From a virus, in IMG/VR virus record IMGVR_UViG_3300032242_001280: a stretch of DNA of 64,000 bases. The stretch is one strand, 5' to 3'. Below the pieces are notes generated by a model, which was not told the origin of the DNA, did no database searches, and saw nothing but the letters and a program-made list of their open reading frames with translations. Each line of letters opens with the position of its first letter. Position 1 is the stretch's first letter. Shown piece by piece: positions 47,301 to 54,955 of the stretch. Both the position numbers and the translations under genes were made by a program.

Positions 47301-49223
47301 ATCGCTATCACGATAGCCATATTCACGGGTCATACGAACAGCAATATCTCGTGCTTGCTCATTATCTGGCGCACGAAACTGTGTAACCGCCATTTGATTA
47401 TTTGCTAAGCGAATCATATACATTGGTTGCATAGATAATACAGGTCGGTCACCGCCAATTGATAATGGTTGGCGTGTTAGAATATCACCTGCTTGACCAT
47501 CACGGGTATCTTTTAACGCAACTAAGTCAAATGAACGACCACTTGCTCGCACTATGCGTGCGGCAATATCATATACATCACTGTAAGTAATTCTTGGAGA
47601 TACTACAAATTCTTGAATTACGCCACCAGTTATACGACTAATAATCTGGAATGTGATACCACCAATACCATCATAATCTACATGCGGTTCATCATCAGCC
47701 GCTAGTTTAGCATACGGATCACTTGACTGTGGTCGGTCTGACTTTGCTTTCTTGGCAAAATCACGCTTGCTTTGTGCATTCTTAATATAACTTACCAATG
47801 CTGTACGAGGCAGATTTCCAGTAGCAAACTGTGTAAAATACTTGATAGTATCAGTTTCATCTTTCTTATCAGCAGTTAACAGTTTCGCAAATTTCTTTTG
47901 ATATTCTTTGCGTTCCATCTCTGGATGTAGTGCGATATTCATAGCATATACAACACGGAGCAGTGTATTCACTACTTCATCAGTATTCATATCAAGCCAA
48001 TTGCCGCCTGGTGAACGAAACTCTACACGATTATCTTTAGTATTGATAGAGGTAAACTTATCAGTATAACCATTATGAATAAGTTTGGATGCTACGGTAT
48101 TCAAGCTCTTACGCATAGCATCTACGGCTTGGTCTGCTTTTGTAGGGTTTTGTTTAATGAATGATGCAATCTGGTCAAAAGCACTGCGAGCATAAGAATT
48201 GCCAAGACGACCAAACTTTTCAAGAATATACTTGTCGCCTAAAAACAACGCAAGTTTAACATAATCAAGTTTATCTAACTGATAACCTGGTATAGAGATA
48301 TTCATATGCAAACCAGTTTTATCATTGGTATAAGCATTGCCATCTTTTGCCCATGCTTTGACTTTATTAATTTGGTCAATCATAGTTGGAATATCAAGTG
48401 GCGGTGATACGAACTCTAAACCTTCGCCACCTTTGCCACGAGTAGGTGATAGGCTGCTATCTGGTTCAACCACATACGCATCGTTTGGCTTTGCAATACT
48501 ATGATAACTACCACTCTTAATAGTTTTCATACCAACAGCACGGCGGAAATCACCTACATCAACAGTAGAACGAGTTCTGCGGTCATATTCATCTGGTTCA
48601 GTCCAAACTGGCCAAGATAGCCCAAGATTGCTATCATTTGCCAAATCACTCATGTAATTACCACCATAGGTATCTTCTAAAAATTTTTCCAGATAATCAT
48701 CTATGTTATCATCATCTTCAATATTATCACGCCAAGTTTGATAGTATTCTTTTCTAAATGTTTCGTATGGATCAATGGCATCTAATTCACTAAACAGTTC
48801 TTGTTGGTTTTTATAATCACGACCATAACGCTTGTCAATAAAATCTTGAATACGATCACCTGCCCAAGTGTCCCATAGACCACTACCAATATAATCTTCC
48901 CATGCATCCTTCATTAAATCAATTGCACGATTTACATCACGGCGACTATTGTGATCGCCAGCGAAGAAATTCATAAGGTCTCGTTCTAAGTTGCTCCAAC
49001 TGACAGTAGAAACACGCTCATCTTGGTCATAATCTGGTTCGCTATCAAAATCTTCATATGGATCATAATCATCGTCCTCTTCTTCTTCAAGATTAGTGAC
49101 GATAAGTTCAAATTCAAGACCTGCCTTAGCATTGGGAATCTTTGCCACCGCCGCACGAAGGGCTGCTGGACTCATATTCACTTCATTTAGGATTTCTTCA
49201 AGGATCAGGTCTTTGTTTTTCAT
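44349..49223 (-). CDS. 1624-aa polyprotein with two amidoligase (COOH-NH2 ligase, Amidoligase_2-like) domains and repeated small accessory domains
   Basis: Two sets of G[LF]E[FT]E / EPDSSL / [LI]E[FL]VSPP / TG[LF]H / EFRS.GG motifs; start MKNKDLILEEILNE at 49223, 5 nt after GTAAATA. Confidence 0.8.
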   Translation of the reverse strand: MKNKDLILEEILNEVNMSPAALRAAVAKIPNAKAGLEFELIVTNLEEEEDDDYDPYEDFDSEPDYDQDERVSTVSWSNLERDLMNFFAGDHNSRRDVNRAIDLMKDAWEDYIGSGLWDTWAGDRIQDFIDKRYGRDYKNQQELFSELDAIDPYETFRKEYYQTWRDNIEDDDNIDDYLEKFLEDTYGGNYMSDLANDSNLGLSWPVWTEPDEYDRRTRSTVDVGDFRRAVGMKTIKSGSYHSIAKPNDAYVVEPDSSLSPTRGKGGEGLEFVSPPLDIPTMIDQINKVKAWAKDGNAYTNDKTGLHMNISIPGYQLDKLDYVKLALFLGDKYILEKFGRLGNSYARSAFDQIASFIKQNPTKADQAVDAMRKSLNTVASKLIHNGYTDKFTSINTKDNRVEFRSPGGNWLDMNTDEVVNTLLRVVYAMNIALHPEMERKEYQKKFAKLLTADKKDETDTIKYFTQFATGNLPRTALVSYIKNAQSKRDFAKKAKSDRPQSSDPYAKLAADDEPHVDYDGIGGITFQIISRITGGVIQEFVVSPRITYSDVYDIAARIVRASGRSFDLVALKDTRDGQAGDILTRQPLSIGGDRPVLSMQPMYMIRLANNQMAVTQFRAPDNEQARDIAVRMTREYGYRDSDWFLTLASDDTNTPIPGAGTQALQLPSGSAATYVVVNRSDGTELLATQAQSFYAATQAAQRFAQEHGLPLASIAIRSPNNNNLWDTQGQVIPQPSPQPEQPRQYTQAEIDRGYDIAGNAIPRPQANITATNGTTYNILDSESRVVHTFNAASVTGARRYAVSYAEEHNLAAPWQLAEVPNREESLEESILNEINMSPTSLEKFSQTPFAKSMKVGFETEMYIPGLGGEEGEEEEEEDMDTNEDFPGTASYRDRQRDVMDFFAGDHNTRREVESALELFYEAFSDYQSEYYDDNYENTTDWKDAIQEELGDTPADEASERELDDAKDSVRENWMSENEEGIWRQFLYRNNIGDMYDWMRWVNRNTRESLTWPHYTFSSSREEPTEDIGDVVDDFRRTTGYKARASSGYHGADRDETTWIFEPDSSLDSPNNDGDGGIELVSPPMNLEDGLAALENVFSWAKSNDYYTNRTTGFHIGVSIPNQTMENIDHLKVIMLLGDEYVLKAFGRAGSRWTKSSFDQAKREVRGRSGRKNIPAILDKMRSGLEDIAKKEINKLLVPRGDRYVSVNIKPNYIEFRSAGGNYFEQYEEIRKTMLRYVRVMGAAADTEDARQEYQKKLYKFVSGGISEKDNTMQLFAKYTAGAINKEQLVKELRTAQERRKPVAPLGSGPVDGFLENEDGENVVKINGTAPYDMIETAIKFANARQLPLGDIALRYPGYSLVTVQYYSTNPNETDSKTMVFIPQVEMYSTYSSEIEKLAIPVIEKHWGVNWGVSGLRADRLSVRVLDEYSLQYMRDEMMRITTRGEDRAPSPPSAPPQSSTTASGAATGRSVRYVLKYTDTGANITSFTFYNPEQAKEYANSVQRRYSSSMRWGGTLGGIRGMAMYAIDPDTAEEELFYMGPGEAIVNQPAAEPTPDWANDPNISVTNNTPRIANPGGRGTYALFVQNGTQISEELEFNSYQDALRHFTPLVNNSGFTGWTVRQLS

Positions 49224-49239
49224 GATATTATTTACCCGT

Positions 49240-52200
49240 TTATTGTAGCCATGCACCAGAAGCAGGTTGGTCAAGCACGATTGGTGGTATGCTATGATCA
49301 TCTGGCTCCAAGTATAAACTTTTAGCATCAAAGGTACTTGAAAGACGATCTGCATATGATTTTGCCCAAGCATATGCTTCACTTGGTGTAGCAAAGCGTT
49401 TTGGGTCAGAGAGATTAGAACCATATGGCGGTTCGCCAATCCATACTCTATAAATCTTTGTGCTAGCAACAAATGCTGATCTTGCTGCTGCATCTGCTTT
49501 ATCGGTCTGACGCTTCTGCAAGCGCATCTTCAACACATTTTGGTCAATTAAACCACTGGCATACATGGTAAAGTTTGAAAGTTGGTCATCATCTTGTGGA
49601 ATATGTTTGGCAATCATTGCATAAAGTTTTTTAGCATATTCTTCACGATATGCCTGTGGATCAGCCGCAATTGCCATTACCTGAACATAACGCAACACAG
49701 TATTCTTGATGTCGTCTATATGTTCCATGAAGTTGCCGCCAGCACTGCGGAACTCAATGTAATTTGTTTTTATATTCACACTTACATAACGATCAGTACT
49801 AATTGAACGATTTATAATCTCTTTTGCAACTTTTGCTAAGTTGGTGCGCAGTTTTTTTGCATACTCTTGTGGTGTTGTTGCGCTGCCTCGTCTTTTTAAC
49901 ATCTTTTGTATTTGTGTAAACATACTTTTAGTATATGCGTTACTGCCACGATCAAATAGGTCTAGCACATATTGATCACCAAGCAGCATTACTACTTTGA
50001 GTGGGTCAACTTTTGCTTGTAGTTCTTCTGGCAAACTAACTCCAACATGGAAACCAGTTGATGTATTGCCATAATAACCGTTTTGTCCTGCCCATTGGAA
50101 GAACTTATCAAGTGCTGCTATACCTTGTTGCAGCGGCATTGGCGGTGAAACAAGTTCAATGCCACTATCATCACCACTAATACTGCCATCAGGCTCAAGA
50201 ATCCAACTAGTAGCATCGCGTTTTGCGCCATGATATCCACTACTGACTTTTGTTTTAAAGCCGCTGTACTCATTCCAATTCTTTGCAAGTTGCGCTATCG
50301 TTATCACGCCACTAGGTTGCATATTTGGTTTTAAATAAGGGAACCATGCTCCACCACCGCCATATTCTGCATATTTTAGAACCCAATCGGATATGTGTTT
50401 AACATTTTCTGACTTTAGAAATTTTTTCCATTGCTTTTCATAATCTTCTGTGGAAAGTTCATTTATTGTTTTTGTAAAAAATATTGCTCGCGCCCGTGCA
50501 CCCAATCCATATGGATTGTTTGGTTCATCGGCAATTCTATCTCTTATCTCTCGCTGGCCTGACCAACCACTTCTGCGCCCGCCAAGATCGTCATAGATTT
50601 TTTTAGCAATTACTTTTAAATTTTCTGGTTTCAGCATTTCATCAATCATGCTAGGATTTTTCTCAACTATATAATCAATGAATGAATGTTTCAAGGTCAA
50701 TAAGTCATCATTTATTGCTGACAAATCACTTTCACCAGTACCAGCATCCTTATACCAGTTTAAGACTTCATCTTGCCATGTTCTAGTAATTGGAAATTTA
50801 ATATCTTTAGTCATATCCCAATTTCTTGCATCTTGGCGAGGATCAGATTCATCGTCATCTTCATCTTCTAAACCAGGTACTAGCATTTCTGCTTCAAATC
50901 CAATAGTCATTGCTTGTGCTTGTGGGGTGGCAGCAAACTTTGCCAATGAACCAGGTGACATGTTTACTTCATCAAGCTCACCGACATAATCTACTTCGCT
51001 GCCGCCTGTATCTGGCTGAACCCAACGGTCCCAAGGAAAAACCGCTACCTGACGGTCAGGATAATCATTACCACCGCCTACAGTTCCTATGATAGAGCCA
51101 GCATGTTCGCCAACAGAACTTGGACCAAGCAACTGCATAAACTTTGCTTTTTCTTGTGGTATTCTAAAATCATGACTTGAAGTTGCATTTCCTCTATTGC
51201 CATAATAAACATCTACGGCAATATTCGGTCTTGATAGTGCAGATGCTGCATAAACTCTATATAATTTTTTAAGACTACCTAATGTTCCCTCTAGAAAAAA
51301 TGTATTGGGAAGATTTACAAAACGAACATATCCTTGGGTAAATGCTTCTTCATATCCATCAATGTCGTTATCATAAAGCCATGACAGATGTTCTTCTGAA
51401 CCAACATATTCTACACGACGATTAGGCAAAATCCAACCATGTGTTTCATTTGTATCAAGTGCTTCTTCTACACTTTCTTTTTTGGCAGTGGCAGCACGGA
51501 TTTTAGCAATAGCACTTTGTGCGGCATTATCACTCTTGGCTGGTTGTTGTGCTTCTGCGTCCCATTTCTTGTGTAGGAATGTTAATAAACCTTTTAGGTC
51601 TGCAACACCAATCTTACGCATAGCAGCAATAATTTTATTAGCCTGATCATAGCCACTATTGCCTGGCTTGCGAGCATTTGAAATTTCATTGCGCAGACCT
51701 AAGTCATCAGCAAACTGACCGCCGTTCCAATAAGTTAAACTATAACGCAGTTCATTTGCTCGCTTGGATAACTCGCTGCGACTTTTCTTGAATATTAGTT
51801 CTAACCACGGACCTAACATTCGCTTACCATAATTACTGGTACTTACATAACCAGTTTTCTTTTGGCCACGAATTAAATCTTGGGCTTTGCTTACTGGTAT
51901 TGCTCGCTTGGTGTCCTGTAATTTCCATGCATTTTCGTTGCTATAGAGATATGTTGGTAAACCACGCTTCTTTGCTACAATCATCAACTGACGAGTAGTT
52001 GGACTTGCAAACTCACCTGCTTCTTTAAGCAGAATATGAACTGCTGTAATCGCATCTGCTGGTATTGTTGGCTCACGAGCAAATATACGGTCTTCGCTTT
52101 CACTGTGTTTTTGCTTATCAAATCCTGCCCAGTAATCAATAGCCTTCACAGGATAACGACGATTAAACCAATTACCATCAAGATTAAACATAACGGCAGT

Positions 52201-54918
52201 GCCACCTGTTAACTCGTGATAGCCGCCTACTTTGCTGCGTGTAGTAGATAAGAAATAGTTATATCCTTTTGGCGCATACGGTGCTTCTACGGTGCCAGTA
52301 GAAATGCTCAACATAAACTCATTGTTCTTGAGAATGTTTAATGCTGCACCCACGCTGCCTGTATAATGGAACAACACTGGTGATGCTGCTTCATCTAAAC
52401 TTTCTGTTTCTTCTAAATCTTTACGATGACTACGCTTGTAGTATGAACACCAACCATTTGCCGCAATCTTGCCACTAACAGCCGAACAACCGTGTGGAGG
52501 ACGCCACATAGTGCAGTGATCACAGCGTTGACCATTGCGAGGCATAGCCTGATACTTTGCTTCGGCTTTGGTTGATTTTTCTGCAACTTCATTCAAGCCT
52601 TCCGCCACACTTTCTTTTACTGCAAATTGCGCCATATCTGCAATAGGAATAACCTTTGCATTTATACTTGGTAATTTATTCAATATAGCTTTGTGTGCTC
52701 TATGGGTGCCATCGGCTATCCAAAACTGCCCATTTTGTCTTTTAACAACAATAATTGGATATTGCAAGTCTGCTTTTTGCATCCGAGCCATAGATTGTGT
52801 TTCATCTTCTTCACGACCTGCAATTTGGTCAGCAAACTGTTTTGGATCAACTTTAACAACAGGATATTTGTCTGCTAATGCAACTAAATCTCTAATTTTA
52901 AACTTAAATGATTTTCCATCTATGCCAATACCTGCTTCTTGTTCAAATCCTTCACCTTCTTCTAATTCTTCATTAACTTTGTTTTTACTGATTTCTTCAA
53001 TATCACTATCAGGAACTAATCGTGCAGGTATACTATCTTTTTTAAGTGTTTTATAAGCCCAAAATCTATGATGACCATCTAATACTTGATACCCACCTTT
53101 GTATTTGCGGACTAAAATAGGTGGTATATTTTCATTCTTCTCTAGACCATCTATAATTTTCGCAACATTTGCTTGGGCTTTTGGTAATTTCATCTTTTCA
53201 TCTGGTTCAAACCCAACAAGTTCTTTTGTAGGAATGTTGATGATAGGCAGTGAATCAAACCCGCTATCATCTACTTCTGCACCAAAATAGTCTGGATCAG
53301 TATATAGTTTTACTTTACCTTCGTTTGCCAAGTCAGGAGCAACCATGTAACTGTTCTTGCTGCCTGGCGGAAACTCAAAGCGTTGCGCACCCTTTTCACG
53401 AGCAGCAGCACGAGCCTTCTTAAACTCCAGTGTCCACCAACGACGATTAGTATAATCCTTATTGCCCATATAGGCTTTTGGATCAGTAATACGCAACTCG
53501 TTCCATTGGTCAGGAGTTAGGTCTTCGTTTATTTGAACGCCCAACGCTTGCAACATAGCACGAGCAACTACACGATCTTTTTCTTTTTCTACTTCTGGCA
53601 ACTGACCATAAGTTTGTTGGGCAAGTGCATAACGCTTCTTTTTCTTATCGGGAATTGTAGGCGCATCTAACTGCAACTTGCCCATATAATCAGCCACTGC
53701 AGTCTTATTCCAACCATCGTGGATTGCGCTAGCAATAGCGTCAACATCTGTTATACCACTATCAATCATACGCTTGGCAGCGGTTGCACTTTCAATGTTC
53801 GCTAACCAACCAAAGTTAGCACCTGGTGTGGATAACCCATAATGATAAGCATCATCTAGGGCTTTATCACTTATGTGAGCAAGTTGCTCTACTGATAGGC
53901 TTTCAGGGATAATGCTTTCAATAAATTTACTTTCATTTGAGTTTCGGGTCAAATTGTAGCGCACTGCATATCCATCATCAATAGTTCTTGCATCGTAACC
54001 AAGAGATGTGGCATAACGGTCTACAAGTCTATTGTATAGCTTGGCACGGCTTTGTTTGTTTGATCCAGATTCAACTTCTTTGTCAACAGAGAAAGTTATT
54101 TGTAATGGTTTGTGTTTTTTAATAAATTTTTGTATAGCATTTAAAACAGTTGCAAATATTCGTTGTGCATCACCTTCACCAGTGACATCTTGGCTGTTGT
54201 TTCTCCAGAACTCAACTTGCCATTTGGCGTCGCCTTCGTTATTAAACATGACACTTAAATTTGTTCCATCTGGTAATGGAACTAGCATATCATAGCTACC
54301 AAATTCACTTTTTTCCCACTTGCCTCGGTAAGGTTTATCAAAGGTTTCTTCCATACTTTCGCCAAGTCCCATACCACGGCGAACTGCTTGAAATAGCGTC
54401 TTGTCATCAACCGTCATATTTTGTGGCACACGAGTAGCCCGTTCAAACGCATCTGGATCACCATCTTCTGCAGCTTTTCTTGCATTGGTTGCGCTTGTTA
54501 AACGAGGACTTTCCATAAAAGAAAGTGGTTCAAATTTATAATAGCCGTGCGCTACTTCTTTTCCATTGTACTGTTCCAGTACTGGTCGCATGCTTGCCAT
54601 GTCATCTTCACCAGCCACAAAAGTGGCACTGCGGAAACCTTTGTCATAAAGATATGCGGCTGCTTGTAGGAATGTTTTGATGTTTGGGTCTTCAACTAGA
54701 TGTCCTTGAACTTGTGGATATAATAATTTAACCCATGCTATTTTTTCTACATAGGTAAGTGGATTTTTCTTTGCATCATGGCTTTTACTTAAGAATAGCG
54801 CCCATGCGCCTTGTTTTGCCACGCTAGCAATAGTATTAATTAAACCTTCGTGTCCATAATGTGGAGGATTCAGACGCCCGAAAGCAAACGCGATATGAGG
54901 ATTATTAGCCATTTTCAA
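49240..54918 (-). CDS. 1892-aa polyprotein: HIGH nucleotidyltransferase, unknown domain, RyR, 2x ParB-like, HiPIP, ART-like, unknown domain, amidoligase
   Basis: FGRLNPPHYGH; AIHDGW..YGQLPEVEKEKDR; VLDGHHR and IADGTHR; CDHC..C..GWC; LFHYT..LSTTRS..ESEDR; GFEAE/EPDGSI/IELVSPP/TGFH/EFRSAGG. Confidence 0.8.
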   Translation of the reverse strand: MKMANNPHIAFAFGRLNPPHYGHEGLINTIASVAKQGAWALFLSKSHDAKKNPLTYVEKIAWVKLLYPQVQGHLVEDPNIKTFLQAAAYLYDKGFRSATFVAGEDDMASMRPVLEQYNGKEVAHGYYKFEPLSFMESPRLTSATNARKAAEDGDPDAFERATRVPQNMTVDDKTLFQAVRRGMGLGESMEETFDKPYRGKWEKSEFGSYDMLVPLPDGTNLSVMFNNEGDAKWQVEFWRNNSQDVTGEGDAQRIFATVLNAIQKFIKKHKPLQITFSVDKEVESGSNKQSRAKLYNRLVDRYATSLGYDARTIDDGYAVRYNLTRNSNESKFIESIIPESLSVEQLAHISDKALDDAYHYGLSTPGANFGWLANIESATAAKRMIDSGITDVDAIASAIHDGWNKTAVADYMGKLQLDAPTIPDKKKKRYALAQQTYGQLPEVEKEKDRVVARAMLQALGVQINEDLTPDQWNELRITDPKAYMGNKDYTNRRWWTLEFKKARAAAREKGAQRFEFPPGSKNSYMVAPDLANEGKVKLYTDPDYFGAEVDDSGFDSLPIINIPTKELVGFEPDEKMKLPKAQANVAKIIDGLEKNENIPPILVRKYKGGYQVLDGHHRFWAYKTLKKDSIPARLVPDSDIEEISKNKVNEELEEGEGFEQEAGIGIDGKSFKFKIRDLVALADKYPVVKVDPKQFADQIAGREEDETQSMARMQKADLQYPIIVVKRQNGQFWIADGTHRAHKAILNKLPSINAKVIPIADMAQFAVKESVAEGLNEVAEKSTKAEAKYQAMPRNGQRCDHCTMWRPPHGCSAVSGKIAANGWCSYYKRSHRKDLEETESLDEAASPVLFHYTGSVGAALNILKNNEFMLSISTGTVEAPYAPKGYNYFLSTTRSKVGGYHELTGGTAVMFNLDGNWFNRRYPVKAIDYWAGFDKQKHSESEDRIFAREPTIPADAITAVHILLKEAGEFASPTTRQLMIVAKKRGLPTYLYSNENAWKLQDTKRAIPVSKAQDLIRGQKKTGYVSTSNYGKRMLGPWLELIFKKSRSELSKRANELRYSLTYWNGGQFADDLGLRNEISNARKPGNSGYDQANKIIAAMRKIGVADLKGLLTFLHKKWDAEAQQPAKSDNAAQSAIAKIRAATAKKESVEEALDTNETHGWILPNRRVEYVGSEEHLSWLYDNDIDGYEEAFTQGYVRFVNLPNTFFLEGTLGSLKKLYRVYAASALSRPNIAVDVYYGNRGNATSSHDFRIPQEKAKFMQLLGPSSVGEHAGSIIGTVGGGNDYPDRQVAVFPWDRWVQPDTGGSEVDYVGELDEVNMSPGSLAKFAATPQAQAMTIGFEAEMLVPGLEDEDDDESDPRQDARNWDMTKDIKFPITRTWQDEVLNWYKDAGTGESDLSAINDDLLTLKHSFIDYIVEKNPSMIDEMLKPENLKVIAKKIYDDLGGRRSGWSGQREIRDRIADEPNNPYGLGARARAIFFTKTINELSTEDYEKQWKKFLKSENVKHISDWVLKYAEYGGGGAWFPYLKPNMQPSGVITIAQLAKNWNEYSGFKTKVSSGYHGAKRDATSWILEPDGSISGDDSGIELVSPPMPLQQGIAALDKFFQWAGQNGYYGNTSTGFHVGVSLPEELQAKVDPLKVVMLLGDQYVLDLFDRGSNAYTKSMFTQIQKMLKRRGSATTPQEYAKKLRTNLAKVAKEIINRSISTDRYVSVNIKTNYIEFRSAGGNFMEHIDDIKNTVLRYVQVMAIAADPQAYREEYAKKLYAMIAKHIPQDDDQLSNFTMYASGLIDQNVLKMRLQKRQTDKADAAARSAFVASTKIYRVWIGEPPYGSNLSDPKRFATPSEAYAWAKSYADRLSSTFDAKSLYLEPDDHSIPPIVLDQPASGAWLQ

Positions 54919-54955
54919 TTCCAGATAAAATATTTATCTGCTTTGAAACTTGACC

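Noticed and set aside
49224-49493. 90-aa N-terminal extension of the 1714-aa ORF, or a frameshift fusion with the 1892-aa ORF
   Set aside because: It overlaps the upstream gene in another frame; ATG 49223 has a late motif and a CTS-like leader; no slippery site was seen.
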